A stretch of DNA of 64,000 nt. Origin: Candidatus Shapirobacteria bacterium. GTDB lineage: Bacteria > Patescibacteriota > Microgenomatia > UBA12405. The translations under genes and the position numbers were made by a program. This document shows positions 7,843-17,309 of the stretch, piece after piece. The notes beneath the pieces were generated by a model. That model searched no databases, was not told the origin of the DNA, and worked only from the letters and a program-made list of their open reading frames with translations. The first letter of the stretch is position 1, and each line of letters starts with the position of its first letter. The stretch is taken from assembly GCA_028704885.1 (NCBI GenBank), contig JAQWEN010000001.1, forward strand, positions 651,203 to 715,202, written 5' to 3'.

Positions 7843-9276
7843 TTAATTCTTATAGGCTATTATAGCATCCCCTACCTTAAAGTCAACATAAGGCTTAAAA
7901 GTCATACCACAATCGTTACCTGACTTTAATTTATCGATGATATTTTTACCTTGGTGAATACCTTCAACTTTAGTATCTTTAATGATTTTGCCATCGCGTT
8001 TGAGATGAATTAAATCACCTTTTGAAATTTCACCTTTAATACATTGCACTCCAGAAATACGAACTTTATCAATTTTAAATTCAGCTTTAATTAGGCCTTC
8101 ACCAACGATGGTTTCATCAATAGTTGGTTCAAGTAAATGAAGAACTTGATTTTGAATATCTTCAATAATTTCGTAAATAATTCGGGATTCAAAAATTCTG
8201 ACTTTCGAAGCTTCAGCAATTTGTTGAATATGTTTAGGAGTAGAGACATTAAAGGCAAAAATTTGAGCTTTGGCGGCTTCGGCCATAAAAACGTCATTAT
8301 CACTAACAGCACCAATGCCACAGGAAATAACAATAACATCATCATTGAAACTGTTCTCTAGAGCTTCTAAAGTGCCCTTAACATCGGCTTTTAAAATCAC
8401 TTTTAATTTTGGATTTTCTTCGGTTGATTCCAATAAAACTTTATGTTCTTTATTGGCAGTAGAGGCGGTTTTAACTGAAGTAACGAGACTGCTAACAGAA
8501 GGCACTTTTTCAAAACCTAAAACTTCAACTGGGGTACTGGGACTAGCTTCTTTTAATTGTTGACCGTTACAATCAATAAGAGCCTTGACTTTACAAGAAA
8601 TATCTTCGGAATAAACAATATCTCCAGGTTTAAGAGTGCCATTAATGACGATCAAAGAAGCAACTGGACCACGACTTTTATCAAGGCGAGATTCAATAAT
8701 AACAGCTTCTAAAGGACCATTAGGATCGGCAGTTAATTCTAAAATTTCAGCATTTAAAAGGATCATTTCCAAAAGATCATCAATACCTTTGCCGGTTTTA
8801 GCCGAAACAGGGATAACGGCCAATTGACCGCCGTATTCTTCTGGAGTAAAACCTAATTCAACCAATTGACCTTTAACTTTATCAGGAGCAGCATTTTCGA
8901 GATCCATTTTATTCAAGGCAACAATGAAAGGTAATTCGCATTTTTTGATATGTTCAAGACATTCTTTGGTTTGAGGCATAACGCCTTCAACAGCCGAGAT
9001 AACTAAAATCACCATATCAGTGGCTTTGGCACCGCAGGCACGCATATTGATAAAGGCAGCATGGCCAGGGGTATCAATGAAGGTGATAAGTTTAGTTTGA
9101 CCATTCTTTTCGGTAACTTTGGCTTGATAAGAAGCAATATGTTGAGTAATGCCACCAGCTTCCTTTTTCAAGACATTAGTAGAACGGATTTTATCTAAAA
9201 GAGAAGTTTTACCGTGATCGATATGACCCATAACAGCCACAATTGGCGGACGAGTTAATTTTATATTAGTAGTCAT
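7843..9276 (-). CDS. infB: translation initiation factor IF-2 (short form lacking N-terminal domains)
   Basis: The G domain starts near the N-terminus with [28 protein letters not shown] and NKMD. Domain II and the C-terminal domains are present. 477 aa. Confidence 0.9.
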   Translation of the reverse strand: MTTNIKLTRPPIVAVMGHIDHGKTSLLDKIRSTNVLKKEAGGITQHIASYQAKVTEKNGQTKLITFIDTPGHAAFINMRACGAKATDMVILVISAVEGVMPQTKECLEHIKKCELPFIVALNKMDLENAAPDKVKGQLVELGFTPEEYGGQLAVIPVSAKTGKGIDDLLEMILLNAEILELTADPNGPLEAVIIESRLDKSRGPVASLIVINGTLKPGDIVYSEDISCKVKALIDCNGQQLKEASPSTPVEVLGFEKVPSVSSLVTSVKTASTANKEHKVLLESTEENPKLKVILKADVKGTLEALENSFNDDVIVISCGIGAVSDNDVFMAEAAKAQIFAFNVSTPKHIQQIAEASKVRIFESRIIYEIIEDIQNQVLHLLEPTIDETIVGEGLIKAEFKIDKVRISGVQCIKGEISKGDLIHLKRDGKIIKDTKVEGIHQGKNIIDKLKSGNDCGMTFKPYVDFKVGDAIIAYKN

Positions 9277-9327
9277 ATTTGATTTTAAGGAATAAATCCC
9301 TCTAAATCTCCCTTTGATAAGGAAGAT

Positions 9328-10308
9328 TTATTCTTGGGTTAATTTAATTTCGAGACCAACCAATTGACCAGCCAAGCGAACGTTTTCGCCACCGCCACCA
9401 ATAGCCAAAGCTAATTGGGATTCGGGAACTGTAACGTTGGCATAATTCTTACCGACTTCAATAACTTTGACGTTTTGAGCTGGAGAAAGAGCTTGAGCAA
9501 TAAATTGATTTAAATTTTGAGAGAAAGCGACCACATCGACTTTTTCGTCGGTGGGCAATTCGCTTAAAATGGCCTGGATTCGAGAACCTTTTTGGCCAAT
9601 ACAAGAACCGACAGGATCAATACCCGGCTGATTTGAAGAAACGGCAACTTTGCTTCTTTCACCAGCAGTTCGAGCTATTCTTTCAAGGACGACTGAACCG
9701 TTGGCAACTTCTGGAACTTCACGAGAAAATAATTCAGAAATAAAAGCATTGTCGCGTCGAGATAAAATGATTTCACTGCGACCAGTTTCGTCTCGAATAA
9801 TTTCTTTTAATAAAAATAATTTTTTAGCGCCAAGAGGAATAATTTCATTTCGAATTTGTTCATCTTTAGGGCAGATACCTTCGGTTTTACCAACACCAAC
9901 AACCATTTTATAGGGATCATTTTTGAGAACAATACAGGGAATAAGAGTGCCTATTTTTTTGGCAAATTCAGCGACAACAGTTTCTTTTTCGACTTCATGA
10001 ATTCTCTGATCGATAACTTGTTTAGCGGTCTGAGCAGCAATTCGACCAAAACCAGGAGGAGTGACGTCGGTCTTTTTTTCACCATCAATTTTATAGACTT
10101 TAAAAGAACCATTTTCTGGGGCTAATTCGGCAGTAAATTGATCTTCTTCAGAAACTTCAATACCATGTTCTTTTTGGTCACGTTTGTAGGCAGAGATAAG
10201 ACCAAACTCAATTGAGTCCAAGATAGATTGAACTTCAATGTTTCTTTCACCAGCAATTTGAGCCACAGCTGCGGCAAATTCTGTTTTAGGTAGTTTTTTT
10301 AAGTCCAT
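9328..10308 (-). CDS. nusA: transcription termination/antitermination factor NusA
   Basis: N-terminal domain plus S1 and two KH domains (IGQKGSRIQAI..., IGGGGENVRLAGQL). Upstream of infB. Confidence 0.9.
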   Translation of the reverse strand: MDLKKLPKTEFAAAVAQIAGERNIEVQSILDSIEFGLISAYKRDQKEHGIEVSEEDQFTAELAPENGSFKVYKIDGEKKTDVTPPGFGRIAAQTAKQVIDQRIHEVEKETVVAEFAKKIGTLIPCIVLKNDPYKMVVGVGKTEGICPKDEQIRNEIIPLGAKKLFLLKEIIRDETGRSEIILSRRDNAFISELFSREVPEVANGSVVLERIARTAGERSKVAVSSNQPGIDPVGSCIGQKGSRIQAILSELPTDEKVDVVAFSQNLNQFIAQALSPAQNVKVIEVGKNYANVTVPESQLALAIGGGGENVRLAGQLVGLEIKLTQE

Positions 10309-10331
10309 TTTGATCCTTTAAATATGCAGGA

Positions 10332-10356
10332 TTAAAAAAGGGGCTTTGTTAGCCCC
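10332..10356 (-). terminator. rho-independent terminator downstream of the dnaJ-like gene
   Basis: Hairpin ggggc-tttgtta-gcccc followed on the minus strand by tttttt. Confidence 0.55.
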
Positions 10357-10404
10357 AGGGTTTAAACACTGCAAAATTATTATGAGTAGATTATACCAGA
10401 AAAA

Positions 10405-11262
10405 TTACAAATCGAGCTGTTTTAGAAGGTCTTTTTGGTGAGAATTTAGTTTGGTTGGAATTTCGACGAAAAGGCGGATATAGAAATCGCCCTGGCCATA
10501 ACCATTGACATCTTTAATTCCCTGACCTCGCAATCTGACTAAAGTATTGGGTTGAGTGCCTGGTTTAACTCGGACTTTTAAAGGATCTTTTAAGGTTGGA
10601 ACTTCGATAGTATCACCAAAAATGGCTTGAGTTAGACTAATATTGAAATTAATATAAACATCATTGCCTTCGCGTTTAAAAACTTTATCTGGTTGAACAT
10701 CAATATAGAGAACAAATTCAGAAAAACGGATTTTTTGACCATCATCAACACCAGCGGGAATTTTGATGGTTCTTTTGTGGCCATCAATAGAAACTTCTTT
10801 TTGACAACCATTGGCAGCATCTAAAAAAGAAATAGAAATTTTATAGGTTTCGAGACGTTTACTTTGTCTTTGTTGACCGCCAAAAGAGGCACCAAAAAAT
10901 TGTTCAAAAATATCAAAAGGATTAGAAAAACCACCAAAATCAAAATCGGCACCACCAAAAGGATTGCCACCAGTCTGGGTGTAAGTAAAATTGGGACCAT
11001 TTTGCTGAGTGTAAGTATGACCGCCAAAACCGCCTGAAGATGGGTCAAAAGCTGCATGGCCATATTGGTCATAAGCGGCTTTTTTTTGATCATTACTTAA
11101 AACTTCGTAAGCTTCATTAATTTCTTTAAAATGTTCTTCAGCATCAGGGGCCTTATTACGATCGGGATGAAATTTAAGAGCAGACTTTCGATAAGCGCTT
11201 TTTATTTCATCCTTACTGGCATCTTTGGAGACGCCTAATAACTCGTAAAAATCTTTTTTCAT
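10405..11262 (-). CDS. dnaJ: DnaJ-domain co-chaperone (J domain + G/F region + C-terminal substrate domains, no zinc finger; CbpA/class-B-like)
   Basis: J domain DFYELLGVSKDASKDEIKSAYRKSALKFHPDRN with the HPD motif. Gly/Phe-rich linker. No CxxCxGxG repeats. Last gene of the hrcA-grpE-dnaK-dnaJ operon. Confidence 0.85.
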   Translation of the reverse strand: MKKDFYELLGVSKDASKDEIKSAYRKSALKFHPDRNKAPDAEEHFKEINEAYEVLSNDQKKAAYDQYGHAAFDPSSGGFGGHTYTQQNGPNFTYTQTGGNPFGGADFDFGGFSNPFDIFEQFFGASFGGQQRQSKRLETYKISISFLDAANGCQKEVSIDGHKRTIKIPAGVDDGQKIRFSEFVLYIDVQPDKVFKREGNDVYINFNISLTQAIFGDTIEVPTLKDPLKVRVKPGTQPNTLVRLRGQGIKDVNGYGQGDFYIRLFVEIPTKLNSHQKDLLKQLDL

Positions 11263-11318
11263 GACTCTTATTATACACAGACATCCCGCGCCTGCGGGAT
11301 GTCTGAATTAATTAATTT

Positions 11319-13232
11319 TTATTGTACAACTTCCCCTTCTTCGGCTTCTTTTTTAGAGTCGTCGGATTTTTTGGGTTCTTCAGCATTTGGCTGTTCAGTT
11401 TGAGCTTCTGGACCTGGTTGACCAGGTTGTTGCTGTTGATAAATAGCAGCGCCAACAGTTTGAAGAATTTGATTTAAATCTTCAGAGGCTTTATCAAGTT
11501 CATCTTTTTTAACATCAGTTTTAGTCAAAATTTCACGAGCTGTTTTTAATTGAGCTTCAATTTTTTCCTTATCTTCTGGTTTAACTTTATCAGCAAAATC
11601 TTTTAAAGTTTTTTCACCAGAAAAAATGGCACCATCTAATTTATTTCGACTTTCAGCTAAACCTTTCTTTTCTTCGTCTTCACGAGCATGAGCTTCAGCT
11701 TCTTTTTTCATTTGCTCGATTTCTTCTTCTTTAAGGTTGGTAGCATTTTGAATGGTAATCTTTTGTTCTTTATTTGTACCCTTATCTTTGGCAGAAACAG
11801 AAAGAATACCGTTACTGTCGATGTCGAAAGTAACTTCGATTTGAGGAGTGCCACGAGGTGCTGGTGGAATGCCATCTAAAACGAAACGGCCAAGAGATTT
11901 ATTGTCATTAGCCATTGGCCTTTCACCTTGAAGAACATTGATCTCCACTTGAGGCTGACTGTCAGCATAGGTAGTGAAAACTTGAGATTTCTTGGTAGGA
12001 ACGGTAGTATTTCGTTCAATTAAAGGAGTACGAACACCACCAGCGGTTTCAATACCAAGAGTTAATGGAGTGACATCCAAAAGAACGACATCTTTAACTT
12101 CACCGGTTAAAACAGCACCTTGGACAGCAGCACCGATAGCGACGACTTCATCTGGATTGACAGTGTTATTTAATTCTTTGCCAAAAAAGTTTTTGACGAC
12201 TTCTTGAACTTTTGGCATACGAGTCATACCGCCGACCATGATGATTTCTTTAATATCAGCTTTGGTGACTTTAGCGTCTTTAAGAGCTTTTTCGACTGGA
12301 GCAATAGTTTTTTGAATTAAATCATCAACTAATTTTTCCAATTCAGATCGAGTTAACTTTTTGGTTAAATGAAGAGGCTGACCATCTTTTTGGGTAATAA
12401 ATGGCAAATTAATTTCGGTTTCAGCAGCCGAGCTTAATTCAATCTTGGCTTTTTCAGCAGCTTCACGAACACGCTGTAAAGCTTGAGAATCTTTACTGAG
12501 ATCGACACCATTTTGCTTTTGAAAATCGTCAGTGATCCAGTTAATAATCTTTTGATCAAAATCATCGCCACCAAGGAAAGTATCACCGTTGGTAGATTTA
12601 ACTTCGAAAATGCCACCACCGATTTCGAGAATGGAAATATCAAAAGTACCGCCACCTAAATCGTAGACAGCAACTAATTCATTACCTTTTTTATCCAAAC
12701 CATAGGCTAAAGCAGCAGCAGTTGGTTCGTTGACAATTCTTTGAACATTAAGACCAGCGATTTCACCGGCTTGTTTAGTAGCTTGGCGTTGAGCGTCGTC
12801 AAAATATGCAGGAACAGTAACGACGGCATCGGTAACTTTTTCACCTAAATATTTTTCAGCATCGGCTTTACATTTCTGTAAAATCATAGCGGAAATTTCT
12901 TGAGGAGTGTAGGCTTTACCATTAATTTCAACCGAGGCAGTATTATCTTTACCGGCGACAATTTTATAAGCAGCAACACCTTGAGTTTTTTTAACCTCTG
13001 GATCGTCCATGCGTCGACCCATTAAACGTTTGACACTATAGATAGTGTTTTGAGAGTTAAGAACCATTTGACGCTTGGCTAAATCGCCGACCAATTTTTT
13101 GACTGGTTCAACAACTGAAGGAATAGTATTGCGGCCTTCAGCGCTGATGATAACTTTTGGTTTACCACCTTCCATAACAGCAACGCAGGAGTTGGTAGTA
13201 CCTAAATCGATTCCGATTATTTTGTTTGACAT
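11319..13232 (-). CDS. dnaK: molecular chaperone DnaK (Hsp70)
   Basis: [22 protein letters not shown] and the full Hsp70 architecture with an acidic C-terminus. 637 aa. Confidence 0.97.
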   Translation of the reverse strand: MSNKIIGIDLGTTNSCVAVMEGGKPKVIISAEGRNTIPSVVEPVKKLVGDLAKRQMVLNSQNTIYSVKRLMGRRMDDPEVKKTQGVAAYKIVAGKDNTASVEINGKAYTPQEISAMILQKCKADAEKYLGEKVTDAVVTVPAYFDDAQRQATKQAGEIAGLNVQRIVNEPTAAALAYGLDKKGNELVAVYDLGGGTFDISILEIGGGIFEVKSTNGDTFLGGDDFDQKIINWITDDFQKQNGVDLSKDSQALQRVREAAEKAKIELSSAAETEINLPFITQKDGQPLHLTKKLTRSELEKLVDDLIQKTIAPVEKALKDAKVTKADIKEIIMVGGMTRMPKVQEVVKNFFGKELNNTVNPDEVVAIGAAVQGAVLTGEVKDVVLLDVTPLTLGIETAGGVRTPLIERNTTVPTKKSQVFTTYADSQPQVEINVLQGERPMANDNKSLGRFVLDGIPPAPRGTPQIEVTFDIDSNGILSVSAKDKGTNKEQKITIQNATNLKEEEIEQMKKEAEAHAREDEEKKGLAESRNKLDGAIFSGEKTLKDFADKVKPEDKEKIEAQLKTAREILTKTDVKKDELDKASEDLNQILQTVGAAIYQQQQPGQPGPEAQTEQPNAEEPKKSDDSKKEAEEGEVVQ

Positions 13233-13285
13233 AATATTTAGTTCGCTAGAGCGTTAGAACGCTAGAGCTTTAGATAAAATAATAA

Positions 13286-13750
13286 TTAATTAGTAATTTG
13301 GTCAGCGGTTTTTCCGACTGTTACTTGGGCCGGTCGGATGACATGACCATTTAATTTGTAACCTAGTTTTTTGACTTCAATAACAAAGTTCTCTTGGCCG
13401 TCGACTGCCTGGATACACTCCATTGATTGAGGATCAAATTCTAAATTAACAGGATTAATTTCTTCGAGTCCTTCGGTTTTTAAAACCGAATTGAATTTAT
13501 CGATGGCCATTTTTAGACCAGGATCATTAAGATGTTTTTGGGCTAAATAAAAATCATCTAAAACTTCGACCATTTTACTTAAAATGGAAGTAGTAGCCAA
13601 GGTGACAAATAATTGACGTTGAGATTCAATTCTTTTTTCTAAATTAGAATAATCAGCTAATGATCGGGCTAATTTATCTTCAAGTGAATTTACTTTATCT
13701 AGTAATTCAGAGGTTTTAATATTGATGTTTTTAGTTTTTTTGTCTGTCAT
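13286..13750 (-). CDS. grpE: nucleotide exchange factor GrpE
   Basis: 154 aa with a coiled-coil N-terminus and the GrpE C-terminal block (GLEEINPVNLEFDPQSMECIQ...). Sits between hrcA and dnaK. Confidence 0.88.
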   Translation of the reverse strand: MTDKKTKNINIKTSELLDKVNSLEDKLARSLADYSNLEKRIESQRQLFVTLATTSILSKMVEVLDDFYLAQKHLNDPGLKMAIDKFNSVLKTEGLEEINPVNLEFDPQSMECIQAVDGQENFVIEVKKLGYKLNGHVIRPAQVTVGKTADQITN

Positions 13751-13758
13751 AATTTTGA

Positions 13759-14496
13759 TTAACGACTAATAGTTGAAAGAAGCTCGGCAAAGTAATCGAC
13801 AACGGGAACGACGTAGGGATAATGACAACGAGCTGGACCGATAACACCAACGATACCTCGATGAGGGCCGGCTTCGTAGTTTTGATAGACAAAACCACAA
13901 GGTTCAAGGTGTTCAAGACCTAAGTCTTCACCAATTAAAAGATGAACAATTTCGGCAGATTCGGGATTAAGATTACCGGCCTTACTGATAATTTCAAACC
14001 AAAAAGTGGCATTATCAATTAAAGAAAGAACGGTTTTAGTAACATCGATGTTGAAAAATTCTGGTTCTTCCAATAAATTGGAAGCACCATAGCTGTAAAT
14101 TGTGCCATGGTCAGTAGTAGCGATGGCCATGGAACGAGTGCGTTGAGCCAATTCTTTAGTAGTTTCACGAAGTAAACGGTCGAATTCATTTCTAAATTCC
14201 CAAATTTTTTCTTTGGCGCCAATTTCGTCACTGACAGATAAATTTTTGGGAGTCATTAAATTACGAACGTAATATTTGAGACCCATGGAAGTTGGAGTGC
14301 GACCAGAAGAAAGATGACCTTTTTTTAAAAATCCAAGCTGAGTAAGAGCCATCATTTCGTTTCTGATAGTGGCGGAAGAAATACCTAAAGAATATTTTTT
14401 TTCGAGGGTTTCTGAACCGACAGCATTGGCGGTTTCAATAAATTCCTCGGCAATACATTTAAGTATTTTTATTTGTCTTTGAGTTAAATCTGACAT
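13759..14496 (-). CDS. hrcA: heat-inducible transcription repressor HrcA (short form)
   Basis: N-terminal winged helix MSDLTQRQIKILKCIAEEF...GSETL...LGISSATIRNEM..L. First gene of the chaperone operon. Confidence 0.85.
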   Translation of the reverse strand: MSDLTQRQIKILKCIAEEFIETANAVGSETLEKKYSLGISSATIRNEMMALTQLGFLKKGHLSSGRTPTSMGLKYYVRNLMTPKNLSVSDEIGAKEKIWEFRNEFDRLLRETTKELAQRTRSMAIATTDHGTIYSYGASNLLEEPEFFNIDVTKTVLSLIDNATFWFEIISKAGNLNPESAEIVHLLIGEDLGLEHLEPCGFVYQNYEAGPHRGIVGVIGPARCHYPYVVPVVDYFAELLSTISR

Positions 14497-14497
14497 A

Positions 14498-14524
14498 TTA
14501 GCAATATAATAGGACGACTGCTAA
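14498..14524. promoter_or_regulatory. degenerate CIRCE-like inverted repeat (TTAGCA-N15-TGCTAA) immediately upstream of hrcA
   Basis: The outer arms match CIRCE (TTAGCACTC-N9-GAGTGCTAA) with the correct 15-nt inner spacing. The inner CTC/GAG arms are not conserved. It abuts the hrcA start codon. Confidence 0.3.
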
Positions 14525-14632
14525 ACAGTGTCAAGGGGTAAAATTGGGGCCGACTAAATATTTGTGCAAAAAGCACTGAATACCTGTCGGCCCTGTTGCT
14601 TGTGCCCATAATGTCATTTGTTTTTCCTTTCT

Positions 14633-14887
14633 TTAATCGTTATGGTAACTCTTGGCCAGTTCTTGGAATTTCTTCTGATATTTCGAAGAGCAGATACCCT
14701 TATTCTTGATACAAGTATCACAATACCCAGAGTTACCTGTGAGAAGGCTATCAACAAGAGTATCGACGATGTTGCTGATTTTGCCTTTTTCTTCTTCGGT
14801 AAACATATCGAGAAACTCTTTTTTAAGTTCTTCTCTGGCCTTTGCGGCTGATTTTGCCTGAGATCCTTTTTTGAAAAATGAAAACAT
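14633..14887 (-). CDS. hypothetical small Cys-containing protein
   Basis: 84-aa ORF with a CDTC...C motif. No recognisable family. Confidence 0.35.
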   Translation of the reverse strand: MFSFFKKGSQAKSAAKAREELKKEFLDMFTEEEKGKISNIVDTLVDSLLTGNSGYCDTCIKNKGICSSKYQKKFQELAKSYHND

Positions 14888-15046
14888 ATTTTTTCTCCCT
14901 TCTTTTGAAATAAGACATAAAATATATAAAACCCTTAAAAAGGGATTATTTTCATGACATTATGGGTGAATTATCAAAGAACAAGATTTAGATATCGCAA
15001 ATTAATATAAATCTTTATCTAGGCCTATTATATACCCCAAAAACAG

Positions 15047-15364
15047 TTAATGACCAAGACGAGTGTCTTTTTTATTTGTCTTAGTTAAAAATATTATAGT
15101 GACTAACAATGCGGTTAAAATAAGGGAATTTAGCCAATTAAACTGATTGAAAAATAATAATAAAATTAAAGAAATTAAATAAATTGAAAGTATTAGATTC
15201 AAAAAATGTTTTTTGGAAAAGATATATAAAACAGAAATTAAAAAACAAAAAATGGTGAAAAAGAAAACAATTTTTGACCAAAGAAATACAGGAGAAACTA
15301 AATTAACAAAAATTAAAAAAACAGAGGCAAGAGTTAATGAATAGTAGAAAAACTTTTTATTCAT
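15047..15364 (-). CDS. hypothetical small membrane protein (3 predicted TM helices)
   Basis: 105 aa, highly hydrophobic. Overlaps the rmuC start by 8 nt. Confidence 0.4.
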   Translation of the reverse strand: MNKKFFYYSLTLASVFLIFVNLVSPVFLWSKIVFFFTIFCFLISVLYIFSKKHFLNLILSIYLISLILLLFFNQFNWLNSLILTALLVTIIFLTKTNKKDTRLGH

Positions 15365-16442
15365 GAAGCTTTAGATCGGAATCTGGTTCTTCGGTTTTAA
15401 TTTTGTTAACAATTTTAACTAATTGGTTGGTACGAGTGGTGTCGACAGCGGTGTATCTCTTTTGAAGAGATTCAATACCAGCTCCAATATCCTTGAAACC
15501 TTTATTATAATTGTCGAATTCTTCGGCAAATTTTTTAATATAACCAATGATAGTGGCAACATTTTTTTGATAACGGAAATTGTCGTAAGCTTGATGGACC
15601 ATTCTTAAAATAGCAGTGAAGCTAAAAGGGCCGGCTAAAATAACTTTTTTAGCCATAGCGTCTTGCCAGATTTCCGGAAAACGATCGTAAATAAAACTGA
15701 AAATCATTTCGTTGGGAATAAAAAGAATGACAAAATCGACAGTATTTTCTTCGGGATTAATATATTCACGACTAGTCACCTCTTTAACTTTAGTTTTAAT
15801 ATCTTGTTCAAATAATTTTTTAAATCTTTCCTTATCTTCTTTGTTGTCGGTTTCGGACATTTTAACTAAATTTTGATAGGGGAATTTGGAGTCAATATTA
15901 ATCTTCATGCGATCGGGCATATAGACAGTAAAATCGGGGCGAGAAGAGTCACCTGATAGTTGTTTATCATAACTGACACCACTGACAAAGCCGGACATTT
16001 TTAATAAATCCTCAGCCACTTGTTCACCAAAAGCTCCACGCATTTGGTTATTACTCAAAACGTTTTTAAGACCTTCGGTGGTGACTCGAAGTTGATGAGT
16101 GAGAGTTTTTTGTTCTTCCATTTTTTCGGTTAAAGCGGAAAAGGAACCAATACGACTTTTCTCAACTTCTTCCATTTTGGCGTTATTTTTGGTTATTTCC
16201 AGTAGAGCTCGGTTGACTAATTCTTCAATCGCCTGCTTTTTATTATTTAAATCGGTGCCGATTTTTTGATCGGCCATGGTGATTAATTGCTGGTTGGCGT
16301 TTTTCAAAACTTCAGGAAAAATTTGATTTAAACTATTGGAAATTTCTTTATTTAAATCTTCGGAACTAGATTTTTTGGATTTGAAAATTAAAAAAAGTAG
16401 AGTGGCGAGAATTAGAAGTAAGAGAACATAAACAAAGGTCAT
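15357..16442 (-). CDS. rmuC: DNA recombination protein RmuC
   Basis: N-terminal TM segment, a long coiled coil and the RmuC signature NNQMRGAFGEQVAEDLLKMSGF. Confidence 0.85.
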   Translation of the reverse strand: MTFVYVLLLLILATLLFLIFKSKKSSSEDLNKEISNSLNQIFPEVLKNANQQLITMADQKIGTDLNNKKQAIEELVNRALLEITKNNAKMEEVEKSRIGSFSALTEKMEEQKTLTHQLRVTTEGLKNVLSNNQMRGAFGEQVAEDLLKMSGFVSGVSYDKQLSGDSSRPDFTVYMPDRMKINIDSKFPYQNLVKMSETDNKEDKERFKKLFEQDIKTKVKEVTSREYINPEENTVDFVILFIPNEMIFSFIYDRFPEIWQDAMAKKVILAGPFSFTAILRMVHQAYDNFRYQKNVATIIGYIKKFAEEFDNYNKGFKDIGAGIESLQKRYTAVDTTRTNQLVKIVNKIKTEEPDSDLKLHE

Positions 16443-16445
16443 GGT

Positions 16446-16871
16446 CTATTTTACTGTTTTTAATGCCTCTTCGTCAAAGCCATCTTTGGCAACATTAAAA
16501 TGAAACTCAATATTGGAGTAATTTTCTTTTATATAATCAACAATTTGGGGAATAACTGCACTATTATTTATTCCAACCCACGATCCATCACCTAGTAATG
16601 AATGAAAGCCTTTTTCTTCTTCCACAAAAGTAGCTAAATTATTTTTAGGAAAATATTGGTCAAATTCAGTATTAATACTCGCAATCATATCTATTAATTG
16701 ATGCTGGAGTTTTTGTCTGTTTTCGGCTGAATATTTTTTTGAGCCTTTAATATCAAATAAAAATAAACAGGCGCCATTTTTTTTGATAAAAGAGTCAGCT
16801 TTTTTAACACATTCTTCAATAGATATTCCTTTTGTTGGTTTATTTTCTATATTTTTTAAATTTTCTTTCAT
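16446..16871 (-). CDS. hypothetical protein
   Basis: 141-aa ORF tightly packed between dut and rmuC. No confident family. Confidence 0.45.
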   Translation of the reverse strand: MKENLKNIENKPTKGISIEECVKKADSFIKKNGACLFLFDIKGSKKYSAENRQKLQHQLIDMIASINTEFDQYFPKNNLATFVEEEKGFHSLLGDGSWVGINNSAVIPQIVDYIKENYSNIEFHFNVAKDGFDEEALKTVK

Positions 16872-16874
16872 AAA

Positions 16875-17306
16875 TTATTTTATCCCAGTAGAACCGAAAC
16901 CGCCGCGACTAACTTCATCCATTTTGTCGACTTCGTCGAATTCAAAATTTTCACACTTAATTAAAACTAGTTGAGAAAGACGAGTGCCTTTTTTAATTGA
17001 AATTGTTTTGTCAGTAAAGTTGTAGGCTGGAAAAAGATATTCATCGTCGTTGCCACAATAATCACGATCAATAATACCAACGCTATTGACAGCAATTACG
17101 CCTAATTTATGAGTGGAACTACGAGGAACTTGCATAATAAAATAAGCATCGGGAATTTTTATGGCCACATTCATGGGAATATAAGCAATTTCTTTGGCTT
17201 TAATTTCAACATCGAGGCGAGAATATAAATCAACGGCGACTGACCCACTGGTTTTATGAACCGGTAAGGGTAAAGTTTTGTCGAAGCGTTTTATTTTTAA
17301 TTTCAC
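16875..17306 (-). CDS. dut: dUTP diphosphatase (dUTPase)
   Basis: Motifs GIIDRDYCG and RGGFGSTG. 143 aa. GTG start. Confidence 0.9.
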   Translation of the reverse strand: MKLKIKRFDKTLPLPVHKTSGSVAVDLYSRLDVEIKAKEIAYIPMNVAIKIPDAYFIMQVPRSSTHKLGVIAVNSVGIIDRDYCGNDDEYLFPAYNFTDKTISIKKGTRLSQLVLIKCENFEFDEVDKMDEVSRGGFGSTGIK

Positions 17307-17309
17307 GCG

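Noticed and set aside
8091-8827. Several 60-97-aa ORFs on both strands inside infB
   Set aside because: All overlap the IF-2 CDS in other frames. Spurious.
10632-11093. 62-aa and 90-aa minus-strand ORFs within the dnaJ-like gene in alternative frames
   Set aside because: Out-of-frame overlaps of a confident CDS. Hydrophobic junk translation.
13233-13285. Possible regulatory element or small RNA between grpE and dnaK (cgctagagcgttagaacgctagagc)
   Set aside because: Only a short imperfect palindrome in a 53-nt spacer. It most likely just forms an intercistronic hairpin, with insufficient evidence for a distinct feature.
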